Below, piece after piece: positions 1-9,143 of a stretch of 36,003 nucleotides of DNA. The DNA is taken from the IMG/VR virus record IMGVR_UViG_3300007983_000002, positions 1 through 36,003 of that record, one strand, 5' to 3'. This DNA comes from a virus. Its lineage: Duplodnaviria; Caudoviricetes. The first letter of the stretch is position 1. Each line of letters begins with the position of its first letter. The position numbers were made by a program, and so were the translations under genes. Below the pieces are notes generated by a model that saw nothing but the letters and a program-made list of their open reading frames with translations, made no database searches and had not been told where the DNA came from.

Positions 1-123
1 GCGCCGGCCGCCGTCCGCAGCAAACAGCACGGCTTCACCAAAGCCCACTGGCTGCACGTTAATGCCGCCATTGGTTGAGTGTAGGTTTACCCCAACATCG
101 CCAGGAGAGAAGATAACCTGCCC
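1..123. repeat. 123-bp direct terminal repeat (left copy), circular assembly overlap
   Basis: Bases 1-123 are identical to 35881-36003. The repeat lies inside a coding gene that reads in frame across the junction. Confidence 0.95.
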
Positions 124-1491
124 GTCAGCGATGTACTCATACTCCAGGGCCCCCACCAGCAGAGACTTGTGCCCGTACACCCACTGGATTGGCGACCGGT
201 AGATCGCGGTGAACTGCACAGAGTCGTCAGGGTCTACTTCCGGGGGATCTGCTGAGGGGTCGCTAAATGCATTCCACTGCCCAACCTTGGTTGTCCACAC
301 GGTCTCAGATTCAGAGGCCAGGGGGTCGCCAGATAAAACGCGGAAGCTTTGAGACCCCGCCAAAACAAGACGGCCGTTGAATGACGTGCATGCCGCAGGG
401 TAATTATTCTCCTCCCACTCCGCGGGCGTGTTGGAAAACGTAATCGAGCTGAAGGTGTAAGCGCCGCTACCCGTGGCAAAAAACAGCTGCTGTGGCGCGT
501 GTTTTGGGTGAGTGAAAACAATCTCTTTGTTGGCATAAGGCGACTGCACGTACTGAACATCTTCCAGGTCGACAGCCTCATACGGGGTCGTAAGATCGAC
601 CTCGCCAAGCTCAGCAGATCCATTTACAAACAGCTGGATGTACCGGATATTGAATTGCGGATTGCTGTACTCGCGCTCTCCCTCCAGGGTCTGCGCCTCA
701 GCGCGAACACGAATATACAAAGTCCCTGTCCACCCGGTAGTGGGTAGGCTGATATTTTCCTCAACAGTAAACACCGAGCCTGTCTGCGGGAACTGAGCAT
801 GGGCGTATGACCGCTCAAACAATGGGCTCGAAAAATCCGCATTGGCAGAGACAGTGAACGTCAGCGTATAACCACCAAATCCTTCGGCCGGATTGCTGAA
901 GTATTGAGCCTCGTACCGCAACGTGGCGACACTGGTGGCCACCAACACCGCTGCCGTGCCAGTCATATCTACAACCGCATCTTCCCTGGTGGGGAACTTG
1001 TAGAGCCTGGGAACCAGCCGAGCGACGTTATTGGCCTCAATATAAAAACCCCCAAGAGGGCCCTCGCCATTGGCGCCGTCGTACTGCGGAGGATCAAAGA
1101 TCCAGTTGGTCTTTTCATTGAAGTTGAAGTTTTTGACTGTGTTGCGACGGAACAGGATCGTCCCGCCACCGCCTGATAGATCAACCTCAGAAAGATCGCC
1201 GGCCACAAAGTCATTGATGTTGACCAGCATCTTCACGTCTTCATCACCCAGGATCACCAGGGCTCGCTCATTGGCAGACGTCAGGTAGGGGATGATGCGG
1301 GTCTCTGGGTCAGTGAGCTCCAGCACATATCGAGATCCAGGAGTGCGCTGCGCTGAGCCTTGATTGGTCGGCCAGAAGTTCTGCATGAGCAAAACCGCGC
1401 TCTTATACTCCTCGGTGTTGGCCCTCATCAGCATCTTTGGCGATATCTCGCCGCTCTGGAATGACCGTTGGATATGCATGCGCTTTGTCAT
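1..1491 (-). CDS. Tail tubular protein B / nozzle (T7 gp12-like), 5' part; continues across the origin to 35023 (about 782 aa total)
   Basis: Manual translation from ATG 1491 (ATGA overlap with endolysin stop): MTKRMHIQRSFQSGEISPKML...QNFWPTNQGSAQRTPGSRY...TPYEAVDLEDVQYVQS...WEENNYPAACTSFNGRLVL. These are typical gp12-like motifs. In frame with ORF 35023..35937. Confidence 0.85.
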   Translation of the reverse strand, partial: MTKRMHIQRSFQSGEISPKMLMRANTEEYKSAVLLMQNFWPTNQGSAQRTPGSRYVLELTDPETRIIPYLTSANERALVILGDEDVKMLVNINDFVAGDLSEVDLSGGGGTILFRRNTVKNFNFNEKTNWIFDPPQYDGANGEGPLGGFYIEANNVARLVPRLYKFPTREDAVVDMTGTAAVLVATSVATLRYEAQYFSNPAEGFGGYTLTFTVSANADFSSPLFERSYAHAQFPQTGSVFTVEENISLPTTGWTGTLYIRVRAEAQTLEGEREYSNPQFNIRYIQLFVNGSAELGEVDLTTPYEAVDLEDVQYVQSPYANKEIVFTHPKHAPQQLFFATGSGAYTFSSITFSNTPAEWEENNYPAACTSFNGRLVLAGSQSFRVLSGDPLASESETVWTTKVGQWNAFSDPSADPPEVDPDDSVQFTAIYRSPIQWVYGHKSLLVGALEYEYIADGQVIFSPGDVGVNLHSTNGGINVQPVGFGEAVLFAADGGRR

Positions 1492-1805
1492 TTGTCGTCA
1501 AACTCCACATGAATGTGGGTGTCTTCCACCACAACATCCCATTTAGGGCCCAGTATGTCGCGTAGTCGCGCGGCCATTTCCTGCTTGATGTGATTGGAGA
1601 GCTGGGTGCCAGAGCCATCAGCCCAGGTGCGAATATCGAAAGCGAGCCCGGCGTAATGCTTTGAGCCCGGCTTGTGAACCCCGTCCAGAATGGAAGTGGC
1701 GGTGAACGGGTGCCCCATGTCATCAAGGGCCGTCTCACAGACCAGCATTGCCATCACTGTCTCAGGCTGAATGCCGTTAAAGTCGACGCCTTTCTTGATT
1801 CTCAT
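1488..1805 (-). CDS. Peptidase M15-like Zn endolysin
   Basis: SxHxxGxAxD (SKHYAGLAFD) and C-terminal HIH motifs of the M15/hedgehog-like peptidase fold. Confidence 0.8.
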   Translation of the reverse strand: MRIKKGVDFNGIQPETVMAMLVCETALDDMGHPFTATSILDGVHKPGSKHYAGLAFDIRTWADGSGTQLSNHIKQEMAARLRDILGPKWDVVVEDTHIHVEFDDK

Positions 1806-1811
1806 GGTTAC

Positions 1812-2210
1812 CTACTTTATGTGACTGTACGCCCTCAGTGCCCAATACGCGTACCAGCGTCTAAACCACCCGCAGCCCTCTGCTTTGAGTACGCGTCTGA
1901 AGTACACGTCAGCGGGCTTCTGTGTTGATGTTGGCAGCTGGCCTTTCTTGATCAGCCTACAAAGCGCGTCGTGGGCCAATGACGCGACAGCCATGTCAGG
2001 CGTATCGATAGCGCCCGATGCCATGTCCCACACAAACCCCGACTTAACCGTGAGCGTCCCGTCGTAAGACAGCGAACAGGCGTCAGTGACCGGGAACTCC
2101 AATACGGCGTCGTAGCCTTCTATCTGCGTGTAGAAGACCTCCTGCTCGAGTAGGACGTAGCGTTTATTCCCGACACGCTTGTAGTGTATAGACCTACTCT
2201 TCATCTGCAC
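1812..2210 (-). CDS. DUF1353-like protein
   Basis: GFVWDMAS...ASLAHDALC...AD..F...L...RRW..Y.ALR pattern; this family is common beside phage lysis genes. Confidence 0.7.
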   Translation of the reverse strand: MQMKSRSIHYKRVGNKRYVLLEQEVFYTQIEGYDAVLEFPVTDACSLSYDGTLTVKSGFVWDMASGAIDTPDMAVASLAHDALCRLIKKGQLPTSTQKPADVYFRRVLKAEGCGWFRRWYAYWALRAYSHIK

Positions 2211-2213
2211 CTA

Positions 2214-2531
2214 CTAAGAGCCCAAGACGCCGTCTGGTAATAGATTCAAAGACGTCAAAGCCACAGTAGCTATGACCCAAAAAATGCGCTCTTTAAAATG
2301 CCTTCCTTCCTTAGTTCCACTGGCAAGATCCGCTATTTTTTCGTCAATCAAACTGTCAACACGCGCTTGGAGGCGCGCCAACTGCTCGTTCTGAGAGCCT
2401 ATTCTTTCCTCTACCCGTGCGAGCGTCTGCATAGCCTCCATGAGACCATCTAGTTTAACTTCGATACGAGTAAGCCTTGCGTCGTCCACACGTCGCTCCA
2501 TATTAGAAAACACAATCTTTTCCGCCATCAT
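2214..2531 (-). CDS. Coiled-coil protein with C-terminal TM helix, possible holin-like
   Basis: Heptad RLTRIEVKLDGL... followed by hydrophobic IFWVIATVALTSL; adjacent to the endolysin. Confidence 0.45.
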   Translation of the reverse strand: MMAEKIVFSNMERRVDDARLTRIEVKLDGLMEAMQTLARVEERIGSQNEQLARLQARVDSLIDEKIADLASGTKEGRHFKERIFWVIATVALTSLNLLPDGVLGS

Positions 2532-2731
2532 GGCGGAGTCTCAATGGTCCCGCTCCAATAAGTTAGAGCAAAGTCAGAGATAGACCCCGAGGTGTACCCG
2601 TTTGAGACGTACATTTCCCGCATGTTCTCGTAGCCAAGGTCAGTCAGATACTCAGTACGCATGTCCGCGAGAGCGCCGGAATAACCAGCGTCCCGCAGAG
2701 CAGCGAACATCGTGTCGTTAATTTGGGCCAT
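2528..2731 (-). CDS. Hypothetical protein (67 aa)
   Basis: Translationally coupled ORF in the late operon. Confidence 0.6.
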   Translation of the reverse strand: MAQINDTMFAALRDAGYSGALADMRTEYLTDLGYENMREMYVSNGYTSGSISDFALTYWSGTIETPP

Positions 2732-3093
2732 TAAGAGCTGGCTTCAAACAACGGCGACGACAAAGTTACTTCCCAGCCCGAACCGGCGCCCTCTACGTTA
2801 ATCACGTACTCATTCACGCTGTTCTGCACGTAGTACGCATGCACACCGACAATGTTGGTATTGATCGCAGCCACCAGGGCAGAGATCGCTTCCTTGTTGT
2901 CAGTCGCGCCAGACGTTGCGGCAAGCACCGCCTCTGCAGCATTGACTTCGGTGCCTTCGGCGTCATCAACAGCAACGCTAACGCCGACATCCCATGCATC
3001 CGGGACTGTCAGGTTGCCATCCATTAAAAACTCAACCATGGCCCCGCGGACCTGATTACCCTGTGATTGCTTCAATGAAACTGAACGTGCCAT
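2731..3093 (-). CDS. Hypothetical, probable minor virion protein
   Basis: TAATG coupling on both sides; Ala/Val/Ser-rich; downstream of the capsid gene. Confidence 0.55.
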   Translation of the reverse strand: MARSVSLKQSQGNQVRGAMVEFLMDGNLTVPDAWDVGVSVAVDDAEGTEVNAAEAVLAATSGATDNKEAISALVAAINTNIVGVHAYYVQNSVNEYVINVEGAGSGWEVTLSSPLFEASS

Positions 3094-3482
3094 TACTTGG
3101 ACTCCTCAAGAAGGCGCTCAATGACCCTCTTATAAGTGCGGTGCAGGAAGTGGGATTTATCGCCAGTAAGCACCGCGCTATCGACGTAAAGGGAAACGAG
3201 CCCGACAGCATGACCAGTGGTCACAATGTCGGAATCGCTGCCATCCAATGACACAGAGAACACGGTATCGGACGTGTAGTCCGAAATATTGCTCTTTGCG
3301 AATCTGTACAAATGCTCGAGCGCACCGATGACTTCTTGCGGGTTCGCAACAGATACAGATGAGCCGATCTTGATAGCAACCTCATTGGCTCCCAGGGTAA
3401 AAGACCCGGTGCCTACGCGAGCTGCGGTTTTTGGACTAGACGCACCCAGTGCTACGTGCGTGTCTGCGGTCATTGTCATCAT
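3093..3482 (-). CDS. Hypothetical, probable capsid decoration or minor virion protein
   Basis: Strong AAGGAGGTG RBS; beta-rich composition; downstream of the capsid gene. Confidence 0.55.
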   Translation of the reverse strand: MMTMTADTHVALGASSPKTAARVGTGSFTLGANEVAIKIGSSVSVANPQEVIGALEHLYRFAKSNISDYTSDTVFSVSLDGSDSDIVTTGHAVGLVSLYVDSAVLTGDKSHFLHRTYKRVIERLLEESK

Positions 3483-3511
3483 TCACCTCCTTGGCTACTT
3501 CCGACAACTAC

Positions 3512-3793
3512 TTAACTGGGCGTTTCTGAGGAGCTCTCTTCTTCGCCAAAATCGACGCCCTCGGTGCCACTGTCTTCAGTGCCGGCGTCTTCCTGTGATG
3601 CGTCTACCTGCTTTGGCTTGCGCTTAGCGGCGGGTTTTTTCTTGGGCTTCTTGAGAGCCTTAATGCAATTGGCCACAGCTTGCTCGGGGAGCTTCAGAGC
3701 AATCGCGATTTTCTTCGCGCTCTCTTCGCCGGCCTCGAGATACTCGGCAATCGCTTTACGATCTGTTTGGTTTGTCCCTGTTTTTAATGGCAT
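3512..3793 (-). CDS. Hypothetical protein (HTH-like N-terminus, Lys-rich then acidic tail)
   Basis: First ORF after the capsid gene; SAKKIAIALKLPEQAVANCI resembles an HTH. Confidence 0.55.
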   Translation of the reverse strand: MPLKTGTNQTDRKAIAEYLEAGEESAKKIAIALKLPEQAVANCIKALKKPKKKPAAKRKPKQVDASQEDAGTEDSGTEGVDFGEEESSSETPS

Positions 3794-3813
3794 GTCTGTC
3801 TTCCTGTGTAGTT

Positions 3814-3838
3814 AGAAACGAGGCCCTTATGGGCCCCG
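3814..3838 (-). terminator. Putative weak intrinsic terminator after the major capsid gene
   Basis: Minus strand CGGGGCCC-ATAA-GGGCCTCG followed by TTTCT. Confidence 0.55.
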
Positions 3839-3856
3839 CCCTATACTACGCCTGAC

Positions 3857-4723
3857 TTAGCTGGTAGCCAATGTCAGTTTAACCAGCTGCTCGTCTTCAA
3901 CGCGGATCGCGCCGTAGATGGAGTTGGTGTAGATGCGCCATGCGAAGCTGATGCTTGGATCTTTATCAACTTCAGTCTGGATGTCCTGGTTCATCAGGAG
4001 TCCGATTGCATCGCGAGTCATCGCAAAGCAGTCAACGTCTGAGCCATCACCGGTAGGCGAGGTCAGGCGAGTAGACACAATCCAGGTGTAGCCCATCCAG
4101 GACTCGACATAACCCTTGGACGTCAGCGGCTTCAGCGCGTTGTAGTCACCGCTGGTTGCCTCTGTCAGCTGGAGCAACTTGCGAGCCTGCTCAGGAGAGA
4201 TCACGAAGACCTTATCCGTATCAGGGTCGATATCGTTGTTCATGAAGATCTCGCTGACAGCAGTCACTGCGTCAAACGTGATCAGGCCGGCAGATCCATC
4301 GATCGCCTGTGCAGCCGGGAAGGCTACGGAGTTGCCATCACCATCGCGCGAAGCACCAACAGCTGCAGAAATGATCTCGTCATCCTGGGCTCGACGCATC
4401 GCCATGCCCTGTGCTTTCGCATAGGTGCTGTTAGGGTCGATCAGGAGCTGGACCACGTCTTTCTTCTCGGTCACATCACCAGTGTGATATTCAACCGGAA
4501 TCGCCTTACGACGGCTGAAAGCAGTCTCGTCATCGGGAGTGGCAGTCTTGCGAGTGGTCTTCTGGGTGGCCGCGGTCGCAGCAACTCGCTCAAAGTTGTA
4601 GGCTTCTACAGACTCTGAAACTTCCTGGACGTAGGGACGAAGACGGTTGATGCCCTGCTGGGCCAGGTGCCGAACGGTGCGCTCGAACCCCTGTACATAT
4701 ACATTGTCAATTGTTGCGCTCAT
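3857..4723 (-). CDS. Major capsid protein
   Basis: 288 aa directly after the scaffold gene. N-terminal TIDNVYVQGFERTVRHLAQQ..RLR and C-terminal YGAIRVEDE are typical of BPP-1-like podovirus capsid proteins. Confidence 0.85.
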   Translation of the reverse strand: MSATIDNVYVQGFERTVRHLAQQGINRLRPYVQEVSESVEAYNFERVAATAATQKTTRKTATPDDETAFSRRKAIPVEYHTGDVTEKKDVVQLLIDPNSTYAKAQGMAMRRAQDDEIISAAVGASRDGDGNSVAFPAAQAIDGSAGLITFDAVTAVSEIFMNNDIDPDTDKVFVISPEQARKLLQLTEATSGDYNALKPLTSKGYVESWMGYTWIVSTRLTSPTGDGSDVDCFAMTRDAIGLLMNQDIQTEVDKDPSISFAWRIYTNSIYGAIRVEDEQLVKLTLATS

Positions 4724-4831
4724 GGGTAGGACCCTCCAAGTTGAGCGTTAATAAAAACTCATTCTCGAAGGCCTACCCGCAACCGGAACCTTTTATCAGA
4801 CTCGGACCAAATGGCTACCCGGTTGTCTGAT
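4724..4831 (-). promoter_or_regulatory. Structured 5' leader of the capsid gene
   Basis: Stem ATCAGAC/GTCTGAT (4795-4831), plus a long hairpin 4724-4778 pairing GGGTAGG/CCTACCC and CCTTC/GGAGG (the SD). Confidence 0.6.
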
Positions 4832-4837
4832 GGCTGA

Positions 4838-4866
4838 ATTTTATGCTTGCGTGATCAACAAAGCAA
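4838..4866 (-). promoter_or_regulatory. sigma70-like promoter for the capsid gene
   Basis: TTGCTT-N17-TAAAAT on the minus strand. Confidence 0.65.
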
Positions 4867-4874
4867 TAGGGTGC

Positions 4875-5747
4875 TCACGTCTGCATCATCCTCAACAATT
4901 CAATCTTCCGCTTACTCAGCCGCTGGAAGTCTGGATGCGAGGGATGCATCGGACGTCCGCCGTTCTCTTTGAACAGTCGATTCTCGATCTCAGAAAGCTG
5001 CGCCTCAGCTTCCGCCGGAGTCATCTTGCGATCGCCTCCATCGCTTTGCTGGTTAACGGTCGCGCCTTCTTCACCCAGCTGGGCCAGGCCGTGGAGCCAC
5101 CGGGCATCCGCCGCGGAGAACTCACCCTTCTCGAACGCCTGTTTAAACGCGTCCGGGGTGTCCTCATTGTTCGCCAGAAAGGCATTGATCTCGCCAACGC
5201 GGTCATCGTATGCCTGGCCCCACTCGGTTTTCAGCAGAGAGTGCTGCTCTTTGAAGTGATCCTCCCGCCGCTGCCGCTCCTCAGCGAGGGCACCCTGGCG
5301 CTCAGCAATATCCTTAGCGAATGCTTTTTGCGTCATTCCCAGGGCGTGAGCGCGAGCCTTCTCCCGGCCAAGAGTGTCAGCATCGAGCTCTACGCCTTCG
5401 GGGAGCGTGTAGTTTTCAGGGTCTGATGGACGGCCAAGCTTGTTAAGCACCATGCCCATCGCTTCATCGTCATCTTCCGGGGGCACCATGATCATGCCAG
5501 GAGCTCGCTCGAGCACTTTGCGCTGGAACTTGCCTACGTCTTCCTCGCCGGCCTCTGCGCTTGGGAGCCGGATTGAGTTGCCCAGGCTATCGGAGACGCC
5601 TTTGACCTCACTCTTCCAAGACTCAATATCTTTCGAGCCTTTGATGAACGGGGCATCCCGCAGCGCACTGCGAAGATCAGCCTCCGGTACCGTATCTACC
5701 CAGGTTTGACCGCTATCGCCGCCGCCTTCGTTATTGGTCTCTGACAT
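4875..5747 (-). CDS. Capsid assembly scaffolding protein
   Basis: Lies between portal and capsid genes; acidic and helical; LGRP..P..Y and LK.EWG..YD motifs. Confidence 0.75.
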   Translation of the reverse strand: MSETNNEGGGDSGQTWVDTVPEADLRSALRDAPFIKGSKDIESWKSEVKGVSDSLGNSIRLPSAEAGEEDVGKFQRKVLERAPGMIMVPPEDDDEAMGMVLNKLGRPSDPENYTLPEGVELDADTLGREKARAHALGMTQKAFAKDIAERQGALAEERQRREDHFKEQHSLLKTEWGQAYDDRVGEINAFLANNEDTPDAFKQAFEKGEFSAADARWLHGLAQLGEEGATVNQQSDGGDRKMTPAEAEAQLSEIENRLFKENGGRPMHPSHPDFQRLSKRKIELLRMMQT

Positions 5748-5979
5748 TTGTCACCTCTGATAATTCACGCAAATACGCCACCACGTCCCGCTGTCCAAGC
5801 CGGTAATACGTGTCATGCGGGTCTTCGCCTTTAAGAGATCCGCTCTCAAACGTCTGCGACATCAACCCAAATAACGCTTTGCCGCTGTCTGTATTGAGAG
5901 CCGACCGAACGATCTCCGCCTTCTCGCGGAGCCTTTCTTTCCACTGCTCTTCAGCTTCCTTCCTACTGTGTCTGGTCAC
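5731..5979 (-). CDS. Small conserved head-module protein (Bbp19-like)
   Basis: DSGKALF...DPHDTYYRLGQRDVV pattern; located between portal and scaffold. Confidence 0.6.
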   Translation of the reverse strand: MTRHSRKEAEEQWKERLREKAEIVRSALNTDSGKALFGLMSQTFESGSLKGEDPHDTYYRLGQRDVVAYLRELSEVTNVRDQ

Positions 5980-7621
5980 TCATTGCCTCCTGTGCCGCCT
6001 CTTCACCGGCAGCCACTTCTTGCACTGCCTTGCCTTGCTGCTCAGCCAACATTGCTTGCTCGGCTTGCTGTTGATTCTGTTTGCGCTCAGTGCGCTTTTT
6101 CTTCACCTCAATGTCGCTATGCATCAACGTGGCAGGGATGTTGAGATCCTCGCCATACTGCCGACCGACACCGACGTCATCGACCACGTCCAGAATATCC
6201 GGCAGGACTGCCGCCATGTTGCCCAGACCCATAGTCCATCGCTCAATCGCCGCAGCTTTGTCACTGTTCTGAGCTCGCACCAGCGACCCCATGTACTCAA
6301 TGTCCAGTTCAGCGTTGGCATCGATGACCTCTTGAGGCGGGGGAGGGATGACGCCATCACGCGACAGCATGCGGAACACTCGGGACACCAGGGGATCAAG
6401 CAGGTCAGACTGCAGCCGGCCCATGGTCGGACCCAATAATCGCTGCATCTGCTCGTATCGAATCTGAGCCTCGGTCGCCGTCATTGGCTGAGCCTGGGGG
6501 CTTGGGAATGTCAGTTGATCCATGAAGAAGTAGTTTCGAATAGCGTCCTGCAGCTGCTCCACCATCATATCCGAAACATTGATCTGACCACCGGTAAGCA
6601 GGGGCTTGATGCCTTCTACGCTTCGAACCACTGTCAGGCTGGCTGCGCTGACGTCCAGATCAGTAATCAGGGATCGCTCTTCGGCCATCATGGGAGGGTC
6701 AATCATTTTCTCACTGGAGATCATCTGCATTTCACGCGCCTGGTTCAGCGACAGCACGTCAGCCAAGGCGATCATCGCCGGGCTATTGCCCCACTCAGAA
6801 TCGGAAGTCTTGCGCCACCGGGGAGCAAACACCGGCATTTCGTAATAGCCGACCGGCTTGCCTATGGTCTCTTTGGTATCCTTGAGAATGTATCGGGCCT
6901 CATACGGGCGCCGGCTCCTGGCCACCTTCTTCGTTGGCGCCGTAACCTTGTTGCCGGTGGGGTAAACACACCAGATGACATCCAGGCGGTCAGTGCTGCC
7001 CTTCTCCTCCAGGGCCTTGATGCTCTCAGGGACGTTGTCACCAAACTTGGAGAGGATCTGCGTGGGCGTCCACTTGAGGTGACGAAAGAATCGCTCAATG
7101 TTTCCCCGAGCATTGCTCTCAAAATAGCCTTCTTTGATCGGGATTGAGTTGAACTCGAGGCCATTCCAGGTGTTCGCCGGGCCGCCTTCCTCCTCCAAGC
7201 ACAGGAACGCAGTGCCGAACCCGGCCACGTCCTGGTACGTCTCATTGACCTCGAGATTGAAGTTGGAGTCCTGCAGGGCAAAGAACACCTTCTTGCTGCC
7301 GTCCTCAAGCCACTCCTTGGCTGCTTTGTTCTTATTCAGCTTGGAGTCGCGGAACCGCATCAGAAACCACTGTGATGCCGGGCTGGTCAGAGCCCCGTGG
7401 AGGCTGGCTGCCAGCATCTGGTGCGCCATGATCGCCGTGGAGTCATAAGCATCGCGCTCCCGGAACCAGTCTACCGAGAGCTCATCACCGGTATTGTCGA
7501 AGAAGTCACCGCGGTAGGGGAGGATGTAATCAACGATAGCCTCCCACATGCGCTCGATATTGGTACGGTCAGAGCACAGCTTTGCGTACCTGGCCAACAG
7601 CTTCGTATTTAATTCGGACAT
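5963..7621 (-). CDS. Portal (head-tail connector, T7 gp8 family)
   Basis: YDSTA, LTSP...WF, DSNF, FGTA, WGNSPA and MTATE..R motifs. Start placed at ATG 7621 (MSELN) rather than the track start 7651. Confidence 0.9.
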   Translation of the reverse strand: MSELNTKLLARYAKLCSDRTNIERMWEAIVDYILPYRGDFFDNTGDELSVDWFRERDAYDSTAIMAHQMLAASLHGALTSPASQWFLMRFRDSKLNKNKAAKEWLEDGSKKVFFALQDSNFNLEVNETYQDVAGFGTAFLCLEEEGGPANTWNGLEFNSIPIKEGYFESNARGNIERFFRHLKWTPTQILSKFGDNVPESIKALEEKGSTDRLDVIWCVYPTGNKVTAPTKKVARSRRPYEARYILKDTKETIGKPVGYYEMPVFAPRWRKTSDSEWGNSPAMIALADVLSLNQAREMQMISSEKMIDPPMMAEERSLITDLDVSAASLTVVRSVEGIKPLLTGGQINVSDMMVEQLQDAIRNYFFMDQLTFPSPQAQPMTATEAQIRYEQMQRLLGPTMGRLQSDLLDPLVSRVFRMLSRDGVIPPPPQEVIDANAELDIEYMGSLVRAQNSDKAAAIERWTMGLGNMAAVLPDILDVVDDVGVGRQYGEDLNIPATLMHSDIEVKKKRTERKQNQQQAEQAMLAEQQGKAVQEVAAGEEAAQEAMSDQTQ

Positions 7622-7670
7622 TTCGGCGCACCAATCGATAAAATCGATCACATAGTAGCACCTTGATCGA

Positions 7671-9143
7671 CTAAAAAGACCGTTTTGTGGTGAATGCCTG
7701 ACGATTTATGCCGCTGATGGACATAATTGCGCTGCGTTCGGCGCACATTACTACCGCATCGCCCCTATCTGGCGACCGGCCCAGGCGCTTTACGATGTCT
7801 TCCTTGCCCTCGATCTTGATCCCGGTGGCCATCAGCTTGTACCTGGGGGCGCATAGATCGGCCAATAGCTTCTGATCGGGAGGTAGGCGCACCTGCTGAC
7901 CATTGGACGGGTTGAGAAGATCCCGCATGCGCCACCAGCACTCTGCGCGTTTGTTGAAAAACGACATGGTGCCCGACCAGTCCTTTTCGCTGCTCTTCCC
8001 TGCAAAGTTGACCGGCACACATCGCGCTGAGATCACCGCTTCGAGGTGGTCAACTACGGATGCACCGATGCCGATAGAGTCCACATGGATGGGGCAATCG
8101 TGCAGTCCTAGCCTTTCAATCACCTTCCCTGCCACCTTGGCGCCGGTATCCATTTCGTGGCCGGGCCAGGCCTCGAGCTCATGGAAGTGCCAGCCGGAGC
8201 GAGCGGAAAGTATCGTATCGTCTCGGCCGCCTCGCGATGGGTCCAGGCCAGCTGACGATATGTTGGTGTACTCCATGGGTTTCCAGCGATTCTGAGCCTG
8301 GCGCACCCACTCTGTGGGAATTACCTGGTACTCATCGTCATCCATGCCGGCGGTGAAGTCACCGTATAGCATCTGAGAGCGCAATGGCTCTGGGAGCGCC
8401 TGTAGGGTGGCCATGTAATCGGCGCCCAAATACTTATTGTCGGTCACCTTGGCGGGAATGAAGGTCCTGCTCTTTGGCGTGACCATTTCACCGTTGATCT
8501 CTACCGGATCACCGTTGGGCATTTCCTTATCGACGCCATCCACCGTAGTGAAGTAACGAAGCTCGCCAGGGGCCGCGCGATTGGGGTGTTGGGGATCAAG
8601 CCAGGGCGCAAACATTTCAATGATCCAGTAGCCGTCTGCACCGGTCGGTGGGTTGGAGCATAGGAGTACTCGAGTGCGCTGGCCTTTCACTGTGGTTCGT
8701 ACCCAGCCCATGAGGAATCGGACCTGGGAGTACAGCATGTTCGCGGCTTCATCGATAACTAATAGATCGCGAGCCCGGCCCTGGTACTTTGACTCGTCAC
8801 CCAGGTTGGGCGTAGATCCGAAGACTATCTTTCTGTTGACGCCGTCCCATGGCGGGATATTCCACTCGGGAGGCTGACCTCGCTGACCCTTTCTCCCTGG
8901 GTCAATGAGCTCTTCGATGTGATCGTAGACGCCGCCTAGCTGGGTGGACTCTCGTCTGACGAAGAGGGTTTGCAGATGACGGGTAATAGCCAGGCCCACA
9001 GCCAGGGATGTCTTACCCCCGCCAGCAGCACCGCCGTATAGAATCTCGTCCGCTTCACTGAAGTACGCAGCTTCCTGCGGTCCCTCCTGGGGATACCATG
9101 GGACTGAGTCGATGTACTGCTCTGCCTCATCAGCCGTTTCCAA
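7671..9143 (-). CDS. terL: Terminase large subunit
   Basis: Walker A YGGAAGGGKT, Walker B LLVIDEA, SNP coupling motif, nuclease motifs GLDPSRGGRD and SPDRGDA. Confidence 0.93.
   Translation of the reverse strand: METADEAEQYIDSVPWYPQEGPQEAAYFSEADEILYGGAAGGGKTSLAVGLAITRHLQTLFVRRESTQLGGVYDHIEELIDPGRKGQRGQPPEWNIPPWDGVNRKIVFGSTPNLGDESKYQGRARDLLVIDEAANMLYSQVRFLMGWVRTTVKGQRTRVLLCSNPPTGADGYWIIEMFAPWLDPQHPNRAAPGELRYFTTVDGVDKEMPNGDPVEINGEMVTPKSRTFIPAKVTDNKYLGADYMATLQALPEPLRSQMLYGDFTAGMDDDEYQVIPTEWVRQAQNRWKPMEYTNISSAGLDPSRGGRDDTILSARSGWHFHELEAWPGHEMDTGAKVAGKVIERLGLHDCPIHVDSIGIGASVVDHLEAVISARCVPVNFAGKSSEKDWSGTMSFFNKRAECWWRMRDLLNPSNGQQVRLPPDQKLLADLCAPRYKLMATGIKIEGKEDIVKRLGRSPDRGDAVVMCAERSAIMSISGINRQAFTTKRSF

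Noticed and set aside
234-1214. Short track ORFs (234..623, 624..842, 969..1214 and plus-strand ones)
   Set aside because: They are alternative frames of the tail tubular B gene that runs off the window edge.
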